NCBI GenBank assembly: GCA_965242965.1
Contig: OZ251518.1
Coordinates: forward strand, 4,960,001-5,024,000
Direction of reading: 5' to 3'
DNA length: 64,000 nt
Source of the DNA: Candidatus Poribacteria bacterium
Lineage (GTDB): Bacteria > Poribacteria > WGA-4E > WGA-3G
In this document: piece after piece, positions 49,459 to 59,300 of the stretch
Layout: each line of letters begins with the position of its first letter
Numbering within the stretch: the stretch's first letter is position 1
The notes under the pieces: generated by a model
The model's database searches: none
The model's input: the letters and a program-made list of their open reading frames with translations, nothing else
What the model was told of the DNA's origin: nothing
Made by a program: the position numbers and the translations under genes

Positions 49459-49577
49459 GGTGCAACGCGAATAGCCCTTTGGAGGCTCTTTTGCGAGAGC
49501 GATGTCCAAGAGGGTATGCAGTGCAACACAAATAGCCCCTTGGGGGCTCTTTTGCGGGAGCGTTGTCCAAGAGGGTG
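49459..49577. repeat. Two ~60-bp tandem hairpin-rich repeats in the 5' leader of the large secreted protein gene
   Basis: GTGCAAC.C.AATAGCCCYTTGGRGGCTCTTTTGCGRGAGCG.TGTCCAAGAGGGT twice. Confidence 0.85.
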
Positions 49578-49837
49578 TTCGGTTTGTCTGCGCGTGCAGA
49601 TAAACGTAATTGTTAACGTTTGTGTAGGGGGGGGGTAATCCTTATCTCTGGCGCATCAGCATCGGCAGCGCGCCATCGCGGTCTCGATGCAAGACTCCCC
49701 CTGCACGGATGCGGCGCGTGTGATCGGCGCGGCGGCGGTGCCGCGGTTATGAAAATGTTGGGAGCACACGTTAGAATTTCCATATTCTTGTCCTCAACCG
49801 GGTCGAGTTGACAGATTTTTGCACCAGATACATTAAT

Positions 49838-49866
49838 AGTATACCACATTTTCTGCGGAATGTCAA
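49838..49866 (-). promoter_or_regulatory. Sigma70-type promoter
   Basis: TTGACA-17-TATACT with extended TG. Confidence 0.75.
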
Positions 49867-49939
49867 ATTAAAATCACATGTCGCAGGATGTTTTTAATGT
49901 TAATTTATTTTGACGTTTTTATCAAGCGTTTTTTTTCGG

Positions 49940-50170
49940 GTAGAGATCTCGGGGGACAAGCCCCCGCGCTACGGTGAAAAAACGTCTCCCCGGCCCGTAG
50001 GGCGAGGGACAGGCCCTCGCCGTGGTTATCGCGCGCGTGAGAGATAGCGGGGGACAGGCCCCCGCGCTACGGTGTAAGAGACCTTTTTTATCATCGTAGG
50101 GCGAGGGCCTGTCCCTCGCCATGCTGCGGTCTACCGGAAGATCGCGGGGGACAGGCCCCCGCGCTACGGT
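49940..50170. repeat. REP cluster
   Basis: Same REP families as elsewhere in the window. Confidence 0.9.
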
Positions 50171-50197
50171 AAGTGAGACGCACGCGGGTGCGGCGGC

Positions 50198-51106
50198 TTA
50201 ACTTTGCCCTGCCGCACCGTTCCCCGCGCCATCCCTGGTCGTCTCCAGCAGATGCCGGAACTCTTCAACAGAGTCAATCCGGAGCGAGGCATCAAATAAC
50301 GCCTCTAGCCGCTGCGTGTTTTCAATCGACTCCAACGCCGGCTTAAACGCACTCGCAACATCCGGATGCAACCGGGCACCTAGCACTTTCAGGATGTCCT
50401 CGCGGCGTGTATCCCTGATAGCATACCCCGCCAGGTATTCAACAATCGGTGCTACGTCCATCGTTATCCTCCTTATCATCTCTAAAATCGTCGCAGTGTC
50501 GTAAATCGCACTGGCCAATGTCGCCAAGTTACCTAACAGGTCCAACTTGTGCGGCACAGACAGCCCATCAACCGCTTCAATGCATCGCTGAAGCCAAGCA
50601 TCAGCAGAGACATCCGCCGGCGGCCGCATCAACGGCGTGAACGGCAACAACCCAGGCAGCTGCGCATCCAGAATCGCCTGCCCTTCCAAATCAGCCAAGC
50701 GGATAACTTCGTATTCTATCAACACCTGATGCCCGACAATCTCCTGAGCAAAGAAACCCACATCCTGCACACCGGCATCCGGCCGCAGATAAATCACATG
50801 CGAATACACATCCATCCGGTATTTCTCTATCAGCCGGATGATATATCCTGCCATTCGCAGGGCCATCGGCGGATCGAAACTATCTGTCGTCTGAATCTCA
50901 AAATGCACCAAAACGTCTGTCCCGCGCAGGTTGACTTTGATGAGCACATCCGCTTGGCGCATATCCACGGCGGGAAGTTCCGGGGTGATGAGTTCTACAT
51001 CAGAGAACTCATCGGGGCGAATGCCTCGTAGGTTGAAGGCGAAGGCCACGAAGTCGCGGGGATGCAGTTGCATGACGCGCTTCGAGGCACTGTCAAAAGA
51101 TACCAT
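50198..51106 (-). CDS. Rpn/YhgA-like PD-(D/E)XK nuclease (recombination-promoting nuclease/putative transposase)
   Basis: FDSASK, ADVL...VHFEIQT, MALRMAGY; GGAGG RBS. Confidence 0.75.
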   Translation of the reverse strand: MVSFDSASKRVMQLHPRDFVAFAFNLRGIRPDEFSDVELITPELPAVDMRQADVLIKVNLRGTDVLVHFEIQTTDSFDPPMALRMAGYIIRLIEKYRMDVYSHVIYLRPDAGVQDVGFFAQEIVGHQVLIEYEVIRLADLEGQAILDAQLPGLLPFTPLMRPPADVSADAWLQRCIEAVDGLSVPHKLDLLGNLATLASAIYDTATILEMIRRITMDVAPIVEYLAGYAIRDTRREDILKVLGARLHPDVASAFKPALESIENTQRLEALFDASLRIDSVEEFRHLLETTRDGAGNGAAGQS

Positions 51107-51216
51107 AAACCCTCCTGTTGAAAAATGGATTAAATACATGCCGCCCGCGTTTGGGACGGCTGCTATTAATAGGATACCTTATCCAAATAAAATTGTCAAG
51201 GAGAAAGTGATTTAGG

Positions 51217-51607
51217 GTAGAGATCGCGAGGGACAGGCCCTCGCGCTACGATGAAAAGAACGCCGCCCCTCACCGTAGGGCGAGGGCCTGTCCCTCGCCA
51301 GCGTCCGCGCATCCCAACGATCGCGGGGGACAGGCCCCCGCGCTACGATGAAAAGAACGCCGCCCTCACCGTAGGGCGAGGGCCTGTCCCCCGCGATGCG
51401 TTTGGCCGTCAGACCTTCTCACCTCTGTAGGTCAGGATCGCCTGATCCTGACCCGTTCGGGAGCAGGCGCTCCCGAACTACAGAGGGGGCTTGCCATCCC
51501 CCGGCATGGCGAGGGACAGGCCCTCGCCCTACGGTAAAACAGGCCGCTCCGGTTACCGTAGCGCGGGGGCCTGTCCCCCGCGATCGTTTTAGGCCCCGTA
51601 GCGCGCG
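51217..51607. repeat. REP cluster
   Basis: Same REP families with an internal tandem duplication. Confidence 0.9.
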
Positions 51608-51627
51608 GGTGGATAGAGACATCCGCA

Positions 51628-54003
51628 CTACCGCTGCCGCTTATCCAACCATTTCACCGAAAAGTGAAGCAAGTTTTCCATCAGTCTCGCATTGGCGGCT
51701 ACGTCTTCTTCGGTTTCGTTTTTGAGGCTGGTGACGATGTAGAGTCCCTGCTGAAACGGCAACAGGAGCAGCGCGGAGGCATCGTTAACGTCGCTTTTCG
51801 CGAGCGATGTCCATTTGCTCAGCGGGTCCAACCACATATCATCAAGACGAATAGGAGCAGATTCGCCACCGGGATGTGTGCCGTTGACAGCGTTCGGGGA
51901 ATGGAAAATGCCGCTCCGCTTGCCGCGCGCTGTCGGCGTTAGTTCATAAGTCTCCTCGCATTCAACGCCGGTGAGAGGTTCGGGGATCCAACCGGTGCCG
52001 CGGCGCTGTTTATAGTTCGCTTTCACGTCCTGTCCGGAGACGATGACTACCCCGCCTTGGCTGACGAAATTCTTGATGCGATGTTCAGCGTCAATAGTGA
52101 GCCGGTAACCGGCTTTGTAGATTTCACCGTTGCCTATCCACAAAATATTGTTCTTCGCGAGTCTGTCAGTCCGTAAATCTTGCACTGCGTTGTAAAGCAG
52201 GTGATGCTCGCGAACGTATTCAAAACTTTCCAGCACCGGGAACTCGGCTGTAGTGCCATTGCCGGTGAGTGCCATGACTTTCAGCGGCAGAGGGGTATGC
52301 ACGTGCGAAGGCATTTTTCGGCGCATTAGGCTAGGTTGTTGCAAAAATTGACGTGCTTTTGCGACGTAACGTTCGCGCTTTTCTTGTCGGCGTAACCCCT
52401 TCCTGTAAACAACGGGTGCAAGAATCGTGTGCTGCGCGGGCTGGCGATGCGTCTGTTCCACCAGCGACGCGAACGTCACTATCCGCGATGCCCGAAATAA
52501 CCGCTGCAGAAGCGGGAATCCGCGGCGCAATGCCGCATCAAAACGCCCGAAAGCACTTTCAACATCCCAACGTCTACCGTAACTGACATCAATAGTCTTG
52601 AGATCGATGCGCTCCTCATTGACGTTAGTGACATATCCGTGAACGACATTCATCCCGTGGACAGGTTTGCCCTCTTTGTCGGTAATAGCGATGTTTTCAG
52701 CATCGCGCCGCGCCAAGATGGCATCGGTAAGCCCAGTCAGACTGAAAAGTTCAGGTTGATACTTCTCCGCACTTTCGACAATCGTGCAGGAGCTGCGCGG
52801 AAAGACGATGTCGGCATCGCGGAAGGAGCGGAACCGGAACCCGATTTTTTTGTAGTGATTCGGATTCAATGGGACACGCACCGCGACCTTCTCAAACGGC
52901 TCCAACCGGCGTGTTGACTGTGATGGCAGGCGCAGTCTTTGCACACTGAAGGCTTGGATATGATACTTAAATTCATAATCCTTCTCCCATTTCGGTGCAT
53001 CGTCTTGGAGGATAATGCGGCCGAGTTGGATGGGATAAGGCGCGTTGTTCTCGAATATCACGTCATAACCCGCTTTATCGTTTCCCGCCATGCGACAGCG
53101 AAGCCCTCTGTCATCGCGGAAGTTCACGCCTTCCACCTTGTGGCCATGCTCACGCATATAGTCCCATTCGTCCTTGTAGCCGTTGTTATCCTTGTCCTTG
53201 ACATCCATCAAGACGATGTGTTTTTCGTTGTAATCCTTGAGGATAGCGGTGTATTCGCCTGCATGGGTTCGGACTTTGACACGGGTGCCGATGAGGCGTT
53301 CGATGAGGCGTTCATAACTTTCCTGCTCCAGATACGCTGTTGATTCATCGCCGAGGCTGCCGAGTCGCTTATCAATGCCTTCCACGCCTTGGTCTTGGAG
53401 GATTTGGTTATAACGTCCCATGCGCGGCTTAACGCTTTGCCGAATGCTCGTCCATGCCATGCTGATTGCGTCTTCAACGGCTCCTCGCAGCGCGATAAAC
53501 GTGTTTCGGATTTTCCTGCCTATCCGATAGATAAGTGGTGGATGATGGACGCGTTCCAACTCCCAAACCCGTTCGCGCAGTTCGCGTTCATTCATCGCAT
53601 CGTGATAACGTATGTATGCGACGATACCCTGGTCGCGTTCGGCATTGGAGAAGATATAACTGGGTGCATGCCCGCGCTGGCGCGATTCTTCGGAGATAAT
53701 TTCAAGCCCGGTGAATTCAAGCCGCATCGTGCCACGGTATCGCCGGCCGTCTTTCATCTCAAAAACGACGTATTTATCCAGCAACTTCTTGAGCAGCGTA
53801 TCCTTTTTAAAGAGTTTTATGAGATACCCGATGCTGGCGACAAGAAACACGATGAGGATGGAAACAACGTAGAGTTGCGCGTTTGCCCAAAGACTTTTCC
53901 CTTGTTTCACTGCTTCATCAACGACGTTCGACTCCTGTCCCATCGCGGTGGGGAGGAGGATAAAGAGTAGCATCCAGAGGGAAATCAGATATTTTCGTCG
54001 CAT
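51628..54003 (-). CDS. Hypothetical membrane-anchored protein (791 aa)
   Basis: Long ORF with two N-terminal hydrophobic segments and a GAGG RBS. Confidence 0.8.
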   Translation of the reverse strand: MRRKYLISLWMLLFILLPTAMGQESNVVDEAVKQGKSLWANAQLYVVSILIVFLVASIGYLIKLFKKDTLLKKLLDKYVVFEMKDGRRYRGTMRLEFTGLEIISEESRQRGHAPSYIFSNAERDQGIVAYIRYHDAMNERELRERVWELERVHHPPLIYRIGRKIRNTFIALRGAVEDAISMAWTSIRQSVKPRMGRYNQILQDQGVEGIDKRLGSLGDESTAYLEQESYERLIERLIGTRVKVRTHAGEYTAILKDYNEKHIVLMDVKDKDNNGYKDEWDYMREHGHKVEGVNFRDDRGLRCRMAGNDKAGYDVIFENNAPYPIQLGRIILQDDAPKWEKDYEFKYHIQAFSVQRLRLPSQSTRRLEPFEKVAVRVPLNPNHYKKIGFRFRSFRDADIVFPRSSCTIVESAEKYQPELFSLTGLTDAILARRDAENIAITDKEGKPVHGMNVVHGYVTNVNEERIDLKTIDVSYGRRWDVESAFGRFDAALRRGFPLLQRLFRASRIVTFASLVEQTHRQPAQHTILAPVVYRKGLRRQEKRERYVAKARQFLQQPSLMRRKMPSHVHTPLPLKVMALTGNGTTAEFPVLESFEYVREHHLLYNAVQDLRTDRLAKNNILWIGNGEIYKAGYRLTIDAEHRIKNFVSQGGVVIVSGQDVKANYKQRRGTGWIPEPLTGVECEETYELTPTARGKRSGIFHSPNAVNGTHPGGESAPIRLDDMWLDPLSKWTSLAKSDVNDASALLLLPFQQGLYIVTSLKNETEEDVAANARLMENLLHFSVKWLDKRQR

Positions 54004-54055
54004 AGGAAACCTCTTTTGATCTTATGAATGCGCGCGGGGACAGGCCCCTGCGCTA

Positions 54056-54916
54056 TCAATGAATTTGCACGTCGTTTTCGGCGGCAATCCGCCGCACATT
54101 CGCCGCAGCAAGCGGGATTTTCTCCACCGGCAGATGTTCTATCAACCCGTAGCCGTCCGGATACATCATGTCAAACCGTTTTAAGGCGACCCCGAGTTCA
54201 AGTTCGCCTTCACCCGGCACCTCTTCGTCCAAATGGAGGACAAGTCCGTTTTGAACGCGGATGTCCTTGATATGCGCCATCGGCGCGACAGGGCCCATCA
54301 CATCAAAAATGTGGTTGAGCCGCTCCTCGCTGTAATAAACCTGCCGCAATGTCTGGAAATGGTTGACAAAATCCATGACGATGCGGAGCCTATCAGAACC
54401 AACGTGTTCAACGACAGCCCGGCATGTCTCCGGTGAATCCATGATAGATACGGCGTGCGTTTCCATGACAAGCGTGAGCGCGTGGCGTTCCGCCTGTTCG
54501 GCTATCGGTTTGAGTGTTTCAATGAGCCGCGGCATTGATTCAGGCAAATAGTTGTCGCGATGCGATGTCCACGCGCCATCAGGGTTCAGGCTGCCGGGCC
54601 GGAACAGATAATACTGCGCGCCGAGGGCGGCTGCTGTCGGCATGCCGCGCACGACGCTGGTAACGGCGGCTTCGCGAACCGCCGCATCCGGATGAAAGAG
54701 GCACTCATCGTAAGTGATACCGAATTGGACTAAGTCAAGCTGAACCGATGCAAACAATTCGACACATCGTGGCACAGCATCCCTAGAAACGTTCGGGATG
54801 TCCGCGCTGCGAAAATGGAAACTCGCGCCTGTAAAATCTAGTGCCTTGATTTGTGATAGTTCTTCAGCGGTAACGGTGCGGAAGTCGCCGCACATCCCGA
54901 CAATGCCAAGTCTCAT
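54056..54916 (-). CDS. Sugar phosphate isomerase/epimerase family protein
   Basis: METH, MDFVN, AHIKD, PGEG, LIEH. Confidence 0.85.
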   Translation of the reverse strand: MRLGIVGMCGDFRTVTAEELSQIKALDFTGASFHFRSADIPNVSRDAVPRCVELFASVQLDLVQFGITYDECLFHPDAAVREAAVTSVVRGMPTAAALGAQYYLFRPGSLNPDGAWTSHRDNYLPESMPRLIETLKPIAEQAERHALTLVMETHAVSIMDSPETCRAVVEHVGSDRLRIVMDFVNHFQTLRQVYYSEERLNHIFDVMGPVAPMAHIKDIRVQNGLVLHLDEEVPGEGELELGVALKRFDMMYPDGYGLIEHLPVEKIPLAAANVRRIAAENDVQIH

Positions 54917-54936
54917 TTTTTTGATTCCTAGTAGTT

Positions 54937-55254
54937 GAGGGTGTTTCGTATCTTAATGTTTTCCCGGTAGGAGAGACCTCCTAGTCTCGATGCAATAGGG
55001 CGGTGCGCCTACCGGAGCGGCGGCAAAAAGCCCCTTCATCGTAGGGCGAGGACAGGCCCTCGCCATTGTCCGCGCGCTCCAACGATCGCGGGGGACAGGC
55101 CCCCGCGCTACGATAAAAAACGTCTCTTAGGTCCGTAGGACCTAAAACGCCCCCGCTTGACGATGGCCAACGCGAGGGACAGGCCCCCCGCGCTACGGAA
55201 AAATCGAGATCTGGAGGTCTCTCCTACCGAACACATCGAAATATGAAACCCCTC
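54937..55254. mobile_element. TIR-bounded REP cassette
   Basis: GAGGGTGTTTCGT...ATGAAACCCCTC enclosing REPs. Confidence 0.7.
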
Positions 55255-55269
55255 ATATAAGTCTTGTTT

Positions 55270-55704
55270 TCAATCAATTTCCGGCGGATGCTCACCGAGA
55301 GCTCTTAGGGCTCTTCTCAGATTTACCCGCTCAGGACGGTTGAGCTTCAGGGCAGCGACTGTTGCCCTGCCGGTCTGCGTTCGTCCCAGAATCGTTAGAA
55401 AGTTCCCACTCCATGTGAAATGCCGTTTCCATCGCTTTTGTCGCGGGTTAAAGAGCGGAACATCCCTTCCTGTCTGCGGGTCGCGGGCATGAGTTTTGGT
55501 ATGTTTATGCGCGTTGCACCAGGGACATGCCCACGCCAAATTGTCCAATGCCGTTTCACCACCCACTTTTTGAGGGAGAATGTGTTCGCAATGGAAAGAG
55601 GAATTTCCGATATTATCGGGTGCTCGGCAATATTCACAAAATCCCTTGGCGCGTGCCCGCACTTGATAGCGGAGAGAGCGAGACACCCGTTCAGCAAGCA
55701 TCAT
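55270..55704 (-). CDS. HNH endonuclease
   Basis: CEYC, EHILP..GG...DNLAWACPWCN..K, LFNPR, GRATVAALKLN. Confidence 0.9.
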   Translation of the reverse strand: MMLAERVSRSLRYQVRARAKGFCEYCRAPDNIGNSSFHCEHILPQKVGGETALDNLAWACPWCNAHKHTKTHARDPQTGRDVPLFNPRQKRWKRHFTWSGNFLTILGRTQTGRATVAALKLNRPERVNLRRALRALGEHPPEID

Positions 55705-56011
55705 GTTCTGAGCCCAATCCGAATTCTGTGACAACTTCCCGGACGGTTTTCCCGCGACGTTGCGCCAAGAGGGAAAGCCCCTCAATACGTTTGACGTTCA
55801 GCACCTCCAACTGACGCACGAGCTCTTGATACTCGGTGAGTTCGCTCGGCGATAACGTCTCGGTATCACACTTGCGGCGTAACTGCAAATAACGCCGCTG
55901 TTTTCGTTCGGGCAACCGTGAATTTTCTTGGATAACGGTTAACAGTGATGCCTCCGAAATATCGGAAACCCCCGGAAGCGCGTTGATAGGAATTGTAATG
56001 CTAGCCATCAT
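55691..56011 (-). CDS. Small helical protein overlapping the HNH gene (putative partner or antitoxin)
   Basis: GGAGG RBS; 106 aa; overlaps the HNH start. Confidence 0.7.
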   Translation of the reverse strand: MMASITIPINALPGVSDISEASLLTVIQENSRLPERKQRRYLQLRRKCDTETLSPSELTEYQELVRQLEVLNVKRIEGLSLLAQRRGKTVREVVTEFGLGSEHDAC

Positions 56012-56040
56012 TATTCCTCCTTGAGTGACGTAAGTTTAAC

Positions 56041-56323
56041 GAGGGTGTTTCATAAATCGCTCAACGTCGCGGTGACAGGCCCCGCGCTACGGAAAAAACG
56101 CCGCCCCTTCATCGTAGGGCGAGGGGCTGTCCCTCGCCATGCGTTTTGGTGTCAGACTGCATCACCCCTGTAGGTCAGGAGCACCTGATCCTGACCCGTT
56201 CGAGATCGGGAGATCTCGAACTACAGAGGTGGACCCGATGCGCGGCACACACTCGCTTTTCTATCGGTATTCGCCCTCCGCCCAAGGGGGATAAATACCG
56301 AAACGGAGTTATGAAACACACTC
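56041..56323. mobile_element. TIR-bounded REP cassette with 13-bp flanking direct repeat ACGTAAGTTTAAC
   Basis: GAGGGTGTTTCAT...ATGAAACACACTC; direct repeat at 56028-56040 and 56324-56336. Confidence 0.85.
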
Positions 56324-56328
56324 ACGTA

Positions 56329-56357
56329 AGTTTAACAGAAATTCCCGCGCATTGCAA
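56329..56357 (-). promoter_or_regulatory. Putative promoter for the HNH operon
   Basis: TTGCAA-17-TAAACT with extended TG. Confidence 0.55.
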
Positions 56358-56387
56358 GAAAAGTTGACACAAACAGCGGCATTCAAA

Positions 56388-59300
56388 TTAGCACTGCGCT
56401 AACAGCTGCGTGGCAATCTTGAAATCCGACGTATCCACGCCTTCGGTGAACCAGTCAACTATCGGTTTCAGGAGGACATGGATTTCCTCGGCGGATTTCC
56501 CCTGCGCTTGATACAATTGACTGAAATCGGTAGCCGCCCGTAACTCCCAAGATTTCGCGCCTTGCGCGCGGGCGACAGTCAACGCTTGCTGAAAGTCAGC
56601 CGCCGCCGATGTAAAGTCCCCTTTTGTGCGATACACCCCTCCCCTGCGCCTGTAAAGTTCAGCGAGATAGGCGCGCTCGCCTGTCTTCGTGACAACGTCT
56701 ATCGCCGAATTAAGCGTCTGCAGTGCAGCATCGGGCTGTCCGGCGCGTTCAGACACATCGGACAGTAAGGCGAGGAAGAAAGGCAATTGCACCGCCGCGC
56801 GCATCTCCTTCCACGCCGTGATGCCTTTTCGTATCATCGCTACGCCCTTTTCAGAACAGTGTGTATCCTCCATCGCGAGAGCCCAGCCTTTCATCACGGT
56901 GGCACCAGCCTCCCAGACAGCGAAGCCGTGCTCCTGACATACCTCCAACAAGCGTGTGGCGTAGGCATTGACTTTCTCCACTTCGCCGCGGTACTGGTAA
57001 ATCACCGTTGCGAAATAGAGCCGCACCGCTTCACTGAACGGATGCTTTCGGGCAGAGGAGATTTTCTCTGCCTGCCGAATACGCTGCACGGCTTGTTCAG
57101 GATAGCCGATACCCCACAGCAACGGGGCAGAATAAGAGAGCAGCGTCATTCCCGGGTCGGCGACATAGTGCAAGAAAGCGTGTTGCGGTTGATAGCGCGC
57201 GAGGCCGGCTTCAAGGTGCGCGAGTGCCGTTCTGAATTCGCTTAGATAGTAAAACGTCGCGCCGAGGGCACGGTGTGCTTCTACCTCAAATGCCGCGTTC
57301 TGCTGTTGTTTCGCGATGACGAGGCACTGTTCCCCCAATTCTCGCGCGGAAAGCAACCGTCCGCGAACCAATGTGGAGAGCCACAATCCAAACAGCACGG
57401 GAAACCGCAGATTTTCATATTGGCGTGCTTCCGAAGCCGCGTCCAATCTATCCAATCTATCCAAAAGTTCGCGTGCGCGCGAATAGGCAGTTTCTACTTC
57501 AACAGAGGCATACCCTTTTGTCGCGATAAGCGCGGGACCGAGTGTCGTTTGGAGGACGAGTTCCCGTCCCGCACGTTCCGGGGTTGCAGGTTGCGTTTCA
57601 AGTGCGGCGAGCCCCTGCGTCATAAAGCGAATGCCTTCCACATTGGCAGAACGTTCTAGCGCGCGCTGCCCCGCCTGCTGCCAATAGTCGGCGGCTCTTT
57701 CGGGTAGCCCCGCCTCTGTCCAATGGTGCGCAACCAACTCAGGTTGCGCTTGCGCAATCATCGGGAACACAAGCGTCAATACCGTCGCAATCTGTTCATG
57801 ATAGTGCTGCCGTGTGCTTTTGAGCAGCGACTGATACGCTGTCTCCCGAATCAGCGGATGCCTGAAAGTATAGAGCGTCGCGCCATCACGAGTTTCCTGC
57901 TGATTGAGAATATGTCCCCTTACCAGAGCATCCAACTGCGCCGCTAGCGTCTCAGGCGTTTCAGCGTATCCCATTTGCCGAAGGAGCTGCTGCAGCAATT
58001 CGCCTGTCCACTCACGGCCAAGCGTTGCACCGAGTTGGACGATATTTTTCGCAGGGCCCAGGCTATCCAAACGCGCAGTGAGGAGTGCCTGGAGAGTTGC
58101 AGGAATCTCTATAGAGACTACTGCGACTGGCGATAACTCCTCGGACAGCACCATCCGGGTGAGTTCTTCGACAAACAGCGGCACGCCTTCTGTCATCCGA
58201 ACAATCTGTCTTAATTCGGTTGCAGGCACCTGCGTATCGGCGGTAAGGCTAGCAATCATCTCCTTCACTTGGCCCGGTGTCAAGGGCTTCAGCAGGACGG
58301 TAGTCGTCCATTCGGGAGAGAGGAGCGTATCGAGTGCCTCCCTATCTAGCGCGTAAGGTTGTGTTGCATCTTGCGCCGCAGGGTGGAGAGTGCGGCACGT
58401 GAGCACCGTCAAAATCCGCGCGTTTTCAAGCTGCGCGATGAATAGAGTGAGCCACGCCGTGCTGGACGGATCGATCCAGTGCAAATCTTCAATGATAAAG
58501 AGGAGAGGCGTGTGTTCAGCTACATTGCGGAACACTTGCACGAGGACTTCCAACGTTTGCTGTCGCCGCTGTTCTGGATCGCCGTCAAATGCGGGGGATG
58601 TTCCGGTATCTAGTGATACGTCAAAGAGTTCAGCGAGCAGGTGCCGGTGCTGATTCAGTTCCTCATAGTCACTCAAGAAACTCTCCAATTTCCCCCGTAG
58701 AATTTCGGGTGTATCCGTGCTCGCGAAGTGCAAAAGGCTTTGCTGTAACAACGCCTTAATCGGATAGAGTGGGCTGTTTTGATAATAGGGTGAACCTCGG
58801 CACTCTAGGATGAGCGCGTCGGCATCAACGTATTCCTTCAGCAGTTGCACGCATCGCGATTTCCCAATGCCTGCCTCACCTTCAATGAGGATAACCTGGC
58901 CTTGCCCGTTGACGCTTTGCTGCCAGCGTTGCTTAAGGAGTTCCACTTCCTGTTCCCGGCCGATGAAAGGCGTTAACCCACTCTCGCGTGCGACATCCAA
59001 TCGGCTTTGGAGCGGAGTTTCGCCGGAGACTTCGTAGAGCTCCACCGGCTGTGAAATGCCCCGGAGCGTGGAAGTGCCGAGTGATTCGCAGGTAAAAAAC
59101 CCTTGGACGAGTTGATGCGTCGTTGCCCCAATGACGATGCTGTTCGGGGCCGCCAAGTTTTGCACCTTCGCGGCGAGGTTCGGGGCTTGCCCGACAATAT
59201 CTATGGGCTCCGGTGCATCTTCGCCTGTCATCTGCCACACAACGACGAGCCCTGTTTCGATGCTGAGACGCGCCCGGATTTCTACACCGAAAGTCGCGTG

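Noticed and set aside
56028-56336. Integron attC site (GTTTAAC fits RYYYAAC)
   Set aside because: The two copies are direct rather than inverted, and no integrase is present.
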